Below, one piece after another: positions 9,681-19,673 of a stretch of 64,000 bases of DNA. The notes beneath the pieces are model-generated. The model did not search any database. It saw only the letters and a program-made list of their open reading frames with translations, and was not told the origin of the DNA. This stretch comes from Elusimicrobiota bacterium (GTDB taxonomy: Bacteria > Elusimicrobiota > Elusimicrobia > F11). The stretch's first letter is position 1. Each line of letters starts with the position of its first letter. The position numbers and the translations under genes are program-made. Location of the stretch: NCBI GenBank assembly GCA_044221725.1, contig JBGAON010000002.1:192001-256000 (forward strand). The letters are read 5' to 3'.

Positions 9681-9717
9681 GTAGCTGGCTTACGGCTTAT
9701 AGCTTAAAGCTTATAGC
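9660..9717. repeat. Inverted heptamer tandem repeat forming a hairpin
   Basis: GCTGTAA-GCCATAA-GCTGTAA-G (9660-9681), then the complementary CTTACGG-CTTATAG-CTTAAAG-CTTATAG-C (9689-9717). Confidence 0.8.
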
Positions 9718-9734
9718 CTGTAATGGAGGAACAA

Positions 9735-10136
9735 ATGACACAAACAAAAGAATTCGACTTATCGGACATCAAGTTTGATTCAAACGGCCTGGTGCCGGCG
9801 ATTGCGCAGGATCACAAAGACGGAACGATCCTGATGCTCGCCTACATGAATTTGGAGTCGCTAAAGATGACGCTTCAAACGGGCACCGCCGTTTATTGGA
9901 GTCGGTCCCGCCAGAAGTTTTGGAAGAAAGGCGAAGAGTCCGGCAATGTGCAGCAAGTGAAAGGGCTGTACAAAGATTGTGATTCGGATGCGATTTTAAT
10001 CAAAGTGGAGCAAATCGGCGGCGCCGCGTGCCACACGGGACAGCGTAGCTGCTTTTATCGTCAATCCCAATCGGACGGAACATGGAAAGAAATTTCACAA
10101 CCGTTATTCGATCCGAAGGCCGTTTATAAAAAATAG
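9735..10136 (+). CDS. hisI: Phosphoribosyl-AMP cyclohydrolase (no fused HisE domain)
   Basis: [40 protein letters not shown] before ATG 9735. Confidence 0.95.
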   Translation: MTQTKEFDLSDIKFDSNGLVPAIAQDHKDGTILMLAYMNLESLKMTLQTGTAVYWSRSRQKFWKKGEESGNVQQVKGLYKDCDSDAILIKVEQIGGAACHTGQRSCFYRQSQSDGTWKEISQPLFDPKAVYKK

Positions 10137-11635
10137 TGGAAATCCGACCGTCTTTTAACGAATTCAAGAAGCTCGCGCGGAAGGGAAACCTCGTCCCCGT
10201 TTTCGCGGACATTTTGGCCGACACCGTGACGCCGGTCTCTTTGCTTGCGTCCCAGTGGGACAAGAGTCGGCACTGTTTTTTGCTTGAAAGTGTGGAAGGC
10301 GGAGAAAAGATTGGTCGTTACTCGATTGTTTCGTTCGATCCGTACGCGGTGGTCGAAGAACGGGACGGTGGCTCAACGTTTTCGTCGGATGGAGAAAACT
10401 TTCTTTTCTTGCCCCGGCCGGGTATCGACACGCTGGCGGCGTACATGCGTCGTGTCAAACCGGTGGATGTTCCGGGAGTGCCTCGATTTTATGGAGGCGC
10501 TGTGGGTTACATGTCGTACGAGACCGTGCAGGGAATGGAGCGTTTGCCTCACACGAAACTCAATGTGCGCGGATGGCCCGAAGCCACGTTTCTTATTACG
10601 CGAGACCTGTTCGTGTTCGACAACACGCAACAGTTACTGAAAGTCATTACGTGTGTAGCGATTGATGGCAAGAAAAGCCTTCGCGCGATCTACAATGCGG
10701 CCTGCAGAAAAATCGCAAACAACGTAAAGGTTGTTCGTTCGAGCCGGAAAGATTCGGTGCTTCAACAAAAAAACGGCAAGAAAAAAACACAACCGTTTCG
10801 ATCGAACATGACGCGAAGCGCGTATATGGACGCCGTCAAAAAAGCCAAGGAGCACATTGGAAAAGGCGACATCATCCAAGTGGTTATCTCGCGACGGCAA
10901 GAAAAAGAAACATTTGTTTCGCCTCTGAATATTTACCGCGCGTTGCGTGTTGTAAATCCATCGCCGTACATGTACGTGATGAAGTTGAGGGATCGTGCGA
11001 TTATTGGATCGAGCCCCGAACAGCTGGTTCGGCTCGAGAATGGAGTTGCGACGACGCGGCCGATTGCCGGTACGAGACAGCGCGGGCGCTCGTTTGAAGA
11101 AGACGAAAAGCTTGCGATTGAATTGATGAAAGATCCGAAAGAACGCGCCGAGCATTTGATGCTCGTCGATTTGGGACGCAACGATCTCGGACGTGTGTGT
11201 CGCTACGGCACCGTGCGCGTTCCAAAACTTATGGAAGTGGAGCGCTATTCGCACGTGATGCACATCGTGTCCGAGGTGAGCGGCAAGTTAAAGTCCGGTA
11301 TGGACTCGTTTGATCTTCTGAAAGCGGTTTTTCCGGCCGGAACGGTGGCCGGTGCTCCAAAAATTCGCGCGATGGAAATTATTGATGATCTCGAAACGGA
11401 TCAGCGCGGTCCCTACGCCGGGGCGCTCGGTTATTTTTCGTATTCGGGAAATATGGACATGGCCATTACGATCCGTACGATCTTATGGAACAACGGCCAC
11501 GTGTCGATTCAAACGGGAGCGGGTCTTGTCGCGGATTCCGACCCGGCGAAAGAATATTTGGAAACGGAGAACAAAGCGGCGGGTGTCAAGCGCGCGGTTG
11601 AGCTTGCCGAAAGCGGCCGCTTGTTTGGAAATTAG
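10136..11635 (+). CDS. trpE: Anthranilate synthase component I
   Basis: LLESVEGGE, NPSPYM, GSSPE, PIAGT, AEHLMLVDLGRND, PAGTVAGAPK. Confidence 0.96.
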   Translation: MEIRPSFNEFKKLARKGNLVPVFADILADTVTPVSLLASQWDKSRHCFLLESVEGGEKIGRYSIVSFDPYAVVEERDGGSTFSSDGENFLFLPRPGIDTLAAYMRRVKPVDVPGVPRFYGGAVGYMSYETVQGMERLPHTKLNVRGWPEATFLITRDLFVFDNTQQLLKVITCVAIDGKKSLRAIYNAACRKIANNVKVVRSSRKDSVLQQKNGKKKTQPFRSNMTRSAYMDAVKKAKEHIGKGDIIQVVISRRQEKETFVSPLNIYRALRVVNPSPYMYVMKLRDRAIIGSSPEQLVRLENGVATTRPIAGTRQRGRSFEEDEKLAIELMKDPKERAEHLMLVDLGRNDLGRVCRYGTVRVPKLMEVERYSHVMHIVSEVSGKLKSGMDSFDLLKAVFPAGTVAGAPKIRAMEIIDDLETDQRGPYAGALGYFSYSGNMDMAITIRTILWNNGHVSIQTGAGLVADSDPAKEYLETENKAAGVKRAVELAESGRLFGN

Positions 11636-11642
11636 GTGACGT

Positions 11643-12215
11643 ATGATCTTGATGATTGATAATTACGATTCGTTTACTTACAACATCGTCCAGTATCTGG
11701 GGGAGCTTGGTGCGGATTTGAAAGTTGTGCGCAACGACGAGATCGATATAAAGGCGATTGAAAAAATGAATCCGTCGCATATTATTTTGTCGCCGGGACC
11801 CGGTCGGCCGGAAAATGCCGGCATCATGGTTGATGCGATTAAATATTTTGCTGGAAAAATACCCATCTTTGGTGTGTGTCTCGGTCACCAAGCAATTTGC
11901 CATGCGTTTGGCGGAAATATTGTGCGTGCGAAGCGGCTCATGCACGGAAAAACGTCCGAAATAATTCACGATAACAAGGGCGTGTTTGCAGGCTTGCCGC
12001 AAAAATTCTCGGCCACGCGTTATCATTCTCTGCTGGCCGAGCCGTCGTCGATCAAAAAAGATTTTGTCATTACCGCCAAAACATTGAAAGGCGAAGTCAT
12101 GGGGGCACGACACAAAAAAATCAAAGCGCTCGAAGGTGTGCAGTTTCACCCGGAATCCATTTTGACCGAAGGCGGAAAAACGATCCTCGCGAATTTCTTA
12201 AGAATGAAGGTATAA
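11643..12215 (+). CDS. trpG: Anthranilate synthase component II (glutamine amidotransferase)
   Basis: IDNYDSFTYN, SPGPGRP, GVCLGHQ, GVQFHPES. Confidence 0.95.
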   Translation: MILMIDNYDSFTYNIVQYLGELGADLKVVRNDEIDIKAIEKMNPSHIILSPGPGRPENAGIMVDAIKYFAGKIPIFGVCLGHQAICHAFGGNIVRAKRLMHGKTSEIIHDNKGVFAGLPQKFSATRYHSLLAEPSSIKKDFVITAKTLKGEVMGARHKKIKALEGVQFHPESILTEGGKTILANFLRMKV

Positions 12216-12217
12216 AG

Positions 12218-12249
12218 TTCGTCGTTCCCGCCTGCGCGAAGGCGACGAA
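12218..12249. repeat. Degenerate REP-like intergenic hairpin
   Basis: TTCGTCGTT...GGCGACGAA flanking CCCGCCTGCGCGAA between trpG and trpD; no U-tract. Confidence 0.4.
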
Positions 12250-12261
12250 AGTAAGCTAACT

Positions 12262-13290
12262 ATGATTAAAGAAACGATATCTCTGTTACTCGATAACAAA
12301 AATCTCTCGCAGAAAGCGGCGTATGCCTCTATGAAGGACATTATGGACGGGCAAGCGACGCCGTCACAGATTGCGGGGTTTCTCGTGGCGCTTCGAGCCA
12401 AAGGCGAAACGGTCGAAGAAATCGCGGGCTGTGCGCTCGCGATGCGCGACGCGGCGCGGCCCTTGTCCATTAAAACGAAAATCATCGTTGATAATTGTGG
12501 TACCGGTGGCGATGGTCGTCACAGCCTTAATATCTCCACGGCAGCGGCGTTTGTTGCAGCGGGCGTTGGTTACACCGTGGCCAAGCACGGCAATCGCGCG
12601 ATTTCCTCAAAGTGCGGCAGCGCCGATGTGCTCGAGGCGTTGGGAGTAAAAATTGATGCACCAATCGCGGTTGTTGAACAAACGATCAACGATGTCGGAA
12701 TCGGTTTTATGTTCGCACCGGCGTTTCATCCGGCCATGAAACATGCGATGCCAACACGCAAAGATCTTGGCGTTCGAACTGTTTTTAATTTGCTTGGGCC
12801 TCTCACGAATCCGGCGAAGTCGAGTGTGCAATTGATCGGCGTTTACGACCAGAAGCTAACCTCGGTTGTTGCAAAGGTGATCGCGAAGATGGGGCACAAG
12901 GCGGGTCTCGTCGTGCATTCGCACGGGTGGGACGAAATTACGCTTGATGGCCCGACCCACGTCAGCGAATTCTCGAATGGTAAAGTGAAATCCTATAAGC
13001 TCACGCACAACGATTTTGGATTGCCGAAAGTTTCGACAAAGTATTTGGCCGGTGGCGATGCCGCACAAAACGCGGAGGCCCTAACGAAGATCTTGGCCGG
13101 AGATAAAATACCAGCGAGAAATGTCGTTGTCGCCAACGCGGCCGCGCTCATTTGGATCGCCGATCGAGCGCGCGGTGAAAAAGGCGTTACGCTCAAAGAC
13201 GCTGTGAAAAAAGCCGAACATTCGATTGATTCCGGTGCCGCCGCAAAAAAAGTGCAACAGATGGCCGAAGTTTCGCACTCCATCGAATAA
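12262..13290 (+). CDS. trpD: Anthranilate phosphoribosyltransferase
   Basis: DNCGTGGDG, NISTAA, AKHGNR, GSADVLEALG, RTVFNLLGPLTNP. Confidence 0.97.
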   Translation: MIKETISLLLDNKNLSQKAAYASMKDIMDGQATPSQIAGFLVALRAKGETVEEIAGCALAMRDAARPLSIKTKIIVDNCGTGGDGRHSLNISTAAAFVAAGVGYTVAKHGNRAISSKCGSADVLEALGVKIDAPIAVVEQTINDVGIGFMFAPAFHPAMKHAMPTRKDLGVRTVFNLLGPLTNPAKSSVQLIGVYDQKLTSVVAKVIAKMGHKAGLVVHSHGWDEITLDGPTHVSEFSNGKVKSYKLTHNDFGLPKVSTKYLAGGDAAQNAEALTKILAGDKIPARNVVVANAAALIWIADRARGEKGVTLKDAVKKAEHSIDSGAAAKKVQQMAEVSHSIE

Positions 13291-13292
13291 CG

Positions 13293-14087
13293 ATGGCGGT
13301 GGATCAGCTTGAGACAATTCTTGCGAGTCGGAAAAAGCGCGTAGCCGAGGCGAAGCAGAGGATGCCGCTCGCGGAGGTGGAGCGGTTGGCGAAGATGCAG
13401 CCGGCAGCCCCATCGTTTCTGCGCGCCATTCGCGTGCCGAACGAAATTCGGGTGATCGCGGAATTTAAACGCAGCAGCCCATCGGCCGGCAATATCCGCG
13501 TGGGGGCGGAAGTGGCTCCGGTGACCATCATGTACGAGAAGGGCGGCGCCGCGGCTCTTTCCATTTTGGCGGAACCAGATTTTTTTGGCGGACGTATGGA
13601 AGATTTGAAGAATGCGCGGACAGCAACAGCGTTGCCGGTTTTGCTCAAGGATTTTGTGTTCGACGAATACCAGATCCTGGAAGCAAAGATGGTGGGCGCA
13701 AGCGCGGTGTTGTTGATTGCCGACATGATTCCGGCGTCGCAGCTAAAGCAACTCGCGAAATTTGCAAAAAGTGTCGGGTTGGATACGCTTGTGGAAGTTT
13801 TTACCGATGCTTCGGTGGAAGCCGCCATAAAAACGGACTCGGAAATATTGGGCATCAATACGCGCAATTTGCGCACGCTCGAGATGAATCCAGCGCGCGT
13901 TGAGCAATTGATTTCGCAGATTCCGAAGGACCGTGCGCTGGTGGCCGAGAGCGGTGTGAAAACCGTCGCGGATATTGCGCGGCTTAAGAAATTATCGGTG
14001 GCCGCGGTGTTGGTCGGAGAATCACTTTTGAAGCAAAATGATCCGATGAGCGGGGTGCGAGCGCTCGTCGAAGCGGGGAAAAAATGA
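13293..14087 (+). CDS. trpC: Indole-3-glycerol phosphate synthase
   Basis: IAEFKRSSPSAG, KDFV, LVEV, GINTRNL, AESG, LVGESL. Confidence 0.96.
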   Translation: MAVDQLETILASRKKRVAEAKQRMPLAEVERLAKMQPAAPSFLRAIRVPNEIRVIAEFKRSSPSAGNIRVGAEVAPVTIMYEKGGAAALSILAEPDFFGGRMEDLKNARTATALPVLLKDFVFDEYQILEAKMVGASAVLLIADMIPASQLKQLAKFAKSVGLDTLVEVFTDASVEAAIKTDSEILGINTRNLRTLEMNPARVEQLISQIPKDRALVAESGVKTVADIARLKKLSVAAVLVGESLLKQNDPMSGVRALVEAGKK

Positions 14088-14725
14088 AAGTAAAAATTTG
14101 TGGTCTTACAAACAAAGAAGATGCTGTGTGGGCGCTCAATTACGGTGCCGATTATATTGGTGTTAATCTATGGAAAGAGAGCAAACGGCACGTTTCGCTA
14201 GCGTCGGCAACGAATTGGGTCAGTCAGCTTCCGGCATTCGCCAGTGTGGTTGGCGTTTTCGTGAACGCCACGCGCGATGAGATTTTGCATGCGGTGCAAA
14301 AACTTAATCTTAAAGGTATTCAGTTGCATGGCGAAGAGACGCCGGCCGACATCGCGTCGTTGCGGGTCGAACTTGAAGGTGCCGGTAAAAAAGTGTTTGT
14401 GATCAAGGCCATTCGCGTCAAAGACGAATCTTCGATCGCGGCCATGAGCGAATACAAAGATGTCGTCGATTACTTTTTGCTCGATTCGTTTCACCCCGAT
14501 GAGCACGGTGGAACCGGCGAGCGTTTTGATTGGGCGCTCACCGCAAAAGCGAAAGAGTTGGGTAAGCCCGTTATTTTGGCGGGCGGGCTCACGCCAGAAA
14601 ATTTAAAAGAGGCGATCAAAAAGGTTCAGCCGTACGCCGTGGATGTGGCGTCGGGCGTAGAAAAATCGCCAAAAAAGAAAGATCCGGAAAAAATGAAGGA
14701 ATTTATTCGAAATGCAAAAGGCTAA
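14084..14725 (+). CDS. trpF: Phosphoribosylanthranilate isomerase
   Basis: [34 protein letters not shown]. Confidence 0.96.
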   Translation: MKVKICGLTNKEDAVWALNYGADYIGVNLWKESKRHVSLASATNWVSQLPAFASVVGVFVNATRDEILHAVQKLNLKGIQLHGEETPADIASLRVELEGAGKKVFVIKAIRVKDESSIAAMSEYKDVVDYFLLDSFHPDEHGGTGERFDWALTAKAKELGKPVILAGGLTPENLKEAIKKVQPYAVDVASGVEKSPKKKDPEKMKEFIRNAKG

Positions 14726-15929
14726 AACAGCGGCAAAAAATTTCCCTGACAAAAACGGGTATTTCGGCCCGTTCGGCGGAATGTTTGTGCCGGAAACACT
14801 GTGGGCACCACTGAAGGAAATCGAGAAAGGTTTCCGCAAGGTGATGAAATCTCCTGCGTTTCGAAAGGAACTGCGCTTCTATTTGGAAAGTTACGCGGGG
14901 CGGCCGTCGCCTCTTTTTGAGGCGCAACGTCTGTCAAAAGCGATCAACGGTCCTCGCATATTTTTGAAGCGCGAAGATTTGCTGCACACCGGCGCGCACA
15001 AAGTGAACAACACGCTCGGTCAATGTTTGCTGGCCAAACATTTGGGCAAGCCGCGGGTTATCGCCGAGACCGGCGCCGGTCAACATGGAGTCGGAACCGC
15101 GGCGGCGGCGGCGCTCTTGGGGCTTAAGTGCGATGTGTACATGGGCACCGAAGATATTCGTCGCCAGGCGCTGAACGTTTATCGGATGAAGTTGATGGGG
15201 GCCAACGTGATTGGTGTCAGTTCCGGAAGCAAAACTCTGAAAGACGCGATCAACGAAGCCATGCGCGATTGGGTTTCAAACGTGAAGGACACGTTTTATT
15301 GTATTGGGTCCGTGGTTGGCCCCCATCCGTATCCGGAGATGGTGCGCACATTCCAAGCGGTGATTGGCACGGAAGTGAAAACGCAGATCAAAAAACAAAT
15401 TGGACGGTTGCCGAACGCGGTGGTTGCTTGTGTTGGCGGAGGGTCCAACGCGATTGGACTTTTTTTCCCGTTCTACAACGACCGCCATGTTCGAATGATT
15501 GGCGTCGAAGCGGGCGGCGAGGGGCTCTTGTCCGGGCGCCATGCGGCGACGCTTTCCGGCGGAACGATTGGCGTGTTGCACGGCGCGCGCACGTATGTGC
15601 TGCAAGACAAAGACGGTCAGGTGACCGAAACGCATTCGGTGTCGGCCGGATTGGACTATCCTGGCGTTGGTCCGGAACATGCGTTTTACAAATGGAACAA
15701 ACGCGCGGAGTACGTTGCCGCCACAGACAACGACACTCTTCATGGATTTAAATTGTTATCGCGCACGGAGGGGATTATTCCAGCGCTCGAATCGTCGCAT
15801 GCGATTGGTTACGTGGCGCGCAATGCGCGGCGTTTTAAGAAAAGCGACGTGATTGTGATTGGACTTTCCGGACGAGGCGATAAAGATGTGAACGAAGCGC
15901 AGCGCGTGTTGGGTGAGGTGGGAGAATGA
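14712..15929 (+). CDS. trpB: Tryptophan synthase beta chain
   Basis: [42 protein letters not shown]. Confidence 0.98.
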   Translation: MQKAKTAAKNFPDKNGYFGPFGGMFVPETLWAPLKEIEKGFRKVMKSPAFRKELRFYLESYAGRPSPLFEAQRLSKAINGPRIFLKREDLLHTGAHKVNNTLGQCLLAKHLGKPRVIAETGAGQHGVGTAAAAALLGLKCDVYMGTEDIRRQALNVYRMKLMGANVIGVSSGSKTLKDAINEAMRDWVSNVKDTFYCIGSVVGPHPYPEMVRTFQAVIGTEVKTQIKKQIGRLPNAVVACVGGGSNAIGLFFPFYNDRHVRMIGVEAGGEGLLSGRHAATLSGGTIGVLHGARTYVLQDKDGQVTETHSVSAGLDYPGVGPEHAFYKWNKRAEYVAATDNDTLHGFKLLSRTEGIIPALESSHAIGYVARNARRFKKSDVIVIGLSGRGDKDVNEAQRVLGEVGE

Positions 15930-16729
15930 AAAACGCTCTCGACCGTAAGTTCGATTCGCTTAGACGACAGAAGAAAAAGGCGCTGATCGCTTATTTGGCG
16001 GCCGGATATCCGGCGTTCCGCGAGGAACAAGCGCTCGTTACGGATATGGTTTTAAACGGCGTGGACGTCATTGAAATTGGAATTCCATTTTCGGACCCGA
16101 TTGCCGATGGTCCGACGATCCAATTTGCGTCGCAGCAGGCACTGGATGCCGGCGTTACGGTGCCGCGGATTCTAAAATGGATTCGCGAATTACAGAAATC
16201 CGTTTCGGCGCCGATCGTTGTTATGACTTACCTGAATCCGGTGCTCGCGTACGGGACGAAAAAGTTTGCGAAAGACGCGGCCGCCGCGGGTGTGAGCGGC
16301 GTGATTGTCCCCGATATGATTCCCGAGGAAAGCGCGGAGATACGGCGCGAGTTGAACGCAGGGAACATCCACCTGATCCATTTGGTGGCGCCCACGACGC
16401 CACGCGAACGGCAAGCCACGATCTCAAAGCTCACCGGCGGTTTCTTGTACGCGGTTTCGGTCGCCGGTGTCACCGGCGCGCGTCGCACGTTGCCGAAGCA
16501 AACGAAACGTTGGCTCGCTTCGCTTCAGCGCTTGAGTGAGAAACCCGTTTGCGTCGGGTTCGGAATTTCGGGACCCGATCAAATTCGGCATTTGAGGTCA
16601 GCGGTGGATGGGTTTATTGTCGGCTCCGCCGTGATCGATGTGATTCGAAAAAACAAAGCGGTCAACAGAAAAGCCGCCATGAAAAAATTTGTGACTGCAT
16701 TAGCAAAGGAGTGCTCGAATGGCCGTTAA
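15926..16729 (+). CDS. trpA: Tryptophan synthase alpha chain
   Basis: [34 protein letters not shown]. Confidence 0.97.
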   Translation: MKNALDRKFDSLRRQKKKALIAYLAAGYPAFREEQALVTDMVLNGVDVIEIGIPFSDPIADGPTIQFASQQALDAGVTVPRILKWIRELQKSVSAPIVVMTYLNPVLAYGTKKFAKDAAAAGVSGVIVPDMIPEESAEIRRELNAGNIHLIHLVAPTTPRERQATISKLTGGFLYAVSVAGVTGARRTLPKQTKRWLASLQRLSEKPVCVGFGISGPDQIRHLRSAVDGFIVGSAVIDVIRKNKAVNRKAAMKKFVTALAKECSNGR

Positions 16730-17549
16730 AAAGAAAACCGAAAAGACCACCGGAGGAATTCCCGACGGTCTTTGGACGAAATGCGCGAAGTGCGACCAAA
16801 TCATTTACAACAAAGAATTGGCAACCAATCTGCGGGTGTGCACGAAGTGCGGATATTCGTTTCCGCTCAAGGCAACCGAGCGCGTGGCGCTGTTGCTCGA
16901 TGAAGGTACCGCGAAAGAGATGGACGCAACGATGGAGTCTGCGGATCCGCTCAATTTTTTGGACGGAAAGGTTTACAAAGAGAAGGTCGTTTCAAATCAA
17001 AAGAAGAGCGGCGCGAAAGATGCGATTTGGACGGGGACCGGAACGCTTGATGGTATCGATGTGGCGCTGGGAGTCATGGATTTCGGATTTATGGGCGGAA
17101 GCATGGGAAGCGTTGTCGGCGAGCGTCTTGCTCGCGCTGGCGAAAAAGCGCTTGAAGAACGAATTCCATTCATCATCGTCTCGACGTCCGGTGGTGCGCG
17201 TATGCACGAAGGAATTTTGTCGTTGATGCAAATGGCGAAAGTGAGCGCGGTGCTGGCGCGTCTTAAAGAGGCCGGCCTGCCGTTCATTTCGGTGTTGGCG
17301 GACCCAACGACCGGAGGCGTGACGGCCAGTTTTGCGATGTTGGGCGACGTTATCTTCGCGGAGCCGGGCGCGCTCATTGGATTTGCGGGGCCTCGCGTGA
17401 TCGAGCAAACCATTCATCAAACGCTCCCCGAAGGTTTTCAGCGTTCCGAGTTTCTTTTGAAGCACGGTATGGTCGACCGCATCGTCACCCGCGCTGAACT
17501 TAAGTCCGAACTTAAGCGCACGCTCGAATTTTTGCTTCCCCGCGTTTGA
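16719..17549 (+). CDS. accD: Acetyl-CoA carboxylase carboxyltransferase beta subunit
   Basis: Zn ribbon (WTKCAKC...VCTKC), FMGGSMG, SGGARM, PTTGGV, GFAGPRV. Confidence 0.97.
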   Translation: MAVKKKTEKTTGGIPDGLWTKCAKCDQIIYNKELATNLRVCTKCGYSFPLKATERVALLLDEGTAKEMDATMESADPLNFLDGKVYKEKVVSNQKKSGAKDAIWTGTGTLDGIDVALGVMDFGFMGGSMGSVVGERLARAGEKALEERIPFIIVSTSGGARMHEGILSLMQMAKVSAVLARLKEAGLPFISVLADPTTGGVTASFAMLGDVIFAEPGALIGFAGPRVIEQTIHQTLPEGFQRSEFLLKHGMVDRIVTRAELKSELKRTLEFLLPRV

Positions 17550-18748
17550 CCGAACATCCGCTCATCGATAGGCTCAAGCCGTCGGTCATGAAGTTTGACC
17601 TGGCGCGCATGCGGTCTGTGATGGCGGAACTCGGAAACCCGCAGGACGATTATCCCTCCGTCCATGTGGCCGGAACCAACGGAAAAGGTTCGGTAACAGC
17701 CATGATTGCTTCCGGCCTCGCACGTTGCGGCCTGAAAGTGGGGATGTACACGTCGCCGCACCTCGAACAGATTAACGAACGTTTCCAAATCAACGGCCGC
17801 ATGATTTCCGATACGAACCTGGGCCGCTTGGTTCGGTCCTCAGCAAAGAGATTTCCGCATCTCACTCAGTTCGAATTTCTTACGACCCTAGCATTCCAAT
17901 GGTTTTCCGACGAAAAAATCGATGTCGCCGTTGTCGAGGTGGGGCTCGGTGGTCGACTGGATGCCACGAATGTTCTGCGCCGTGTGCTCGCGAGCGTTAT
18001 CACGAACATCGATTTCGATCACATGAATTGGTTGGGCCATACGATCGAGAAAATTGCGTTCGAAAAAGCGGGTATTATCAAACCGGGCGTCCCGCTCGTG
18101 TGCGGGGCAACGAAAGGTTTTTCGGTTATAAAATCCGTCGCGAACAAAAGGCATTCGCCGGTCGTGCGATCGCGAGCGCGTTTGCGACCACATTCGCTGC
18201 GGCTTCTTGGCGCGCATCAAAAGCAAAACGCGCGTCTTGCGCTTCAAGCGCTTGACACTTTGCGCGCGCGATTGCCCGGGCTTGAACCGCGCGCGTACAC
18301 AGAAGCGGTCCAGAATACGTTTTGGCCAGGGCGATTCGAACGATTCTTGGTAGGATCGCGTCGGAAAAGACGCGTCGTCGTGTTGGATGGGGCGCATAAC
18401 ACCGCTGGCTGTCGCGTCCTCGTGCGCACGCTTCGCAGCGAGAAGCTTGTGCCGGCGAGTCTTGTTTTTGGTGTGCTGAAAGACAAAGCCATTCGTGAAA
18501 TGGTTCGTGTTCTTTCGCCGATCGCAGAGCGTGTGACCGTGGTGCCCGTTTCGTCGCCTCGCACGGCCGATCCGTCGGAGGTTTCGCGAAACGGCGCCTG
18601 GCGTGGAAAGGCGGAAGCGGCTCGCTCCATTGACGACGCTTGGAAAACGGTTTTGAACGGTCCGGACTCACGACCGATTGTCGTTGCGGGTTCGCTCTAC
18701 CTTGTGGGCGAAGTCCGCCGAAAATTTTTGCGGAGGAGATCAACATGA
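17546..18748 (+). CDS. folC: Bifunctional folylpolyglutamate/dihydrofolate synthase
   Basis: HVAGTNGKGS, TSPHL, EVGLGGRLDATN, EKAGIIK, WPGRFE, LDGAHN, GSLYLVG. Confidence 0.95.
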   Translation: MTEHPLIDRLKPSVMKFDLARMRSVMAELGNPQDDYPSVHVAGTNGKGSVTAMIASGLARCGLKVGMYTSPHLEQINERFQINGRMISDTNLGRLVRSSAKRFPHLTQFEFLTTLAFQWFSDEKIDVAVVEVGLGGRLDATNVLRRVLASVITNIDFDHMNWLGHTIEKIAFEKAGIIKPGVPLVCGATKGFSVIKSVANKRHSPVVRSRARLRPHSLRLLGAHQKQNARLALQALDTLRARLPGLEPRAYTEAVQNTFWPGRFERFLVGSRRKRRVVVLDGAHNTAGCRVLVRTLRSEKLVPASLVFGVLKDKAIREMVRVLSPIAERVTVVPVSSPRTADPSEVSRNGAWRGKAEAARSIDDAWKTVLNGPDSRPIVVAGSLYLVGEVRRKFLRRRST

Positions 18749-19671
18749 CGTATCGCATGGGAATAGATTTGGGAGGTACAACAGCCAAGTTGGCGCTCGT
18801 TTCTGCCGGCCAAAAAATTGTGCGCGAAATCTCCGTGCCAACCGCCGGGTTTCCAAACGCGGCCCTGTTGGCAGAAAAATTGGGCGCGGCCGGCAAAATC
18901 CTCATGAAAGGCGCATCCGTCCAAAAAGTTGGAGTTGGTGTGGCCGGTGATATAGATTCCGAGAACGGGATCGTGCGCGTGTCGCCGAATCTTGGTTGGA
19001 AAAATGTGCCGCTCGGAAAATTGCTGAAAAAACATTTGAAGCAGACGGTCGTGGTCGAAAATGACGCCAATGCGGCGGCTTGGGGGATTTTTCATACGCA
19101 AGCGCCGAAGCACACACAAAACGTTATCGTAATGACGCTGGGGACCGGTGTTGGCGGAGGGATCGTTCTTAACGGTCAACTTCATCGCGGAACCACCGGA
19201 AGCGCCGGCGAAATTGGACATATGGTTATCGATGAAAAAGGCCCGCTCTGCAATTGCGGAAATCGCGGTTGTTTGGAAACGTTTGTCGGTGGTCCGCATT
19301 TGATTCGCTACGTTCAAGAAGCGTTGGTCGCAGGCGAAAAAAGCGGGCTTCAAACCGTTTATAAACGGGCGCCCGACGAAATTACGCCGTATCTGATCGC
19401 GCAGTTTGCGCGGAAGCGTGATGCGCTGGCGTTGCGCGTTTGGAACCGCGTGGGTCATGCGCTCGGTCGCGCAATTGGCGACTTGGCGTACATTCTTAAT
19501 CCGGAACTCGTGATTTTCACCGGTGGTATTGCTCAGGCGGGGTCGCTCATTCTGAATCCTCTTTGGAAAACTCTGAACACGCGTTCCTTCAAAACCCCAA
19601 TTCAAGCGCTCAAGATCAAAATTGCGGCGGACGCTCCGCACATTGGTGCGCTTGGAGCTTCGCTTCTGTAA
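18745..19671 (+). CDS. ROK family sugar kinase (glucokinase-like)
   Basis: GIDLGGT, ENDANAAA, TLGTGVGGG, GEIGH, CNCGNRGCLE; ATG 18745 after GGAGGAG. Confidence 0.92.
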   Translation: MTYRMGIDLGGTTAKLALVSAGQKIVREISVPTAGFPNAALLAEKLGAAGKILMKGASVQKVGVGVAGDIDSENGIVRVSPNLGWKNVPLGKLLKKHLKQTVVVENDANAAAWGIFHTQAPKHTQNVIVMTLGTGVGGGIVLNGQLHRGTTGSAGEIGHMVIDEKGPLCNCGNRGCLETFVGGPHLIRYVQEALVAGEKSGLQTVYKRAPDEITPYLIAQFARKRDALALRVWNRVGHALGRAIGDLAYILNPELVIFTGGIAQAGSLILNPLWKTLNTRSFKTPIQALKIKIAADAPHIGALGASLL

Positions 19672-19673
19672 GT

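Noticed and set aside
9660..9717. CRISPR array or his/trp attenuator
   Set aside because: No unique spacers, no cas genes, no His- or Trp-codon leader peptide and no U-tract.
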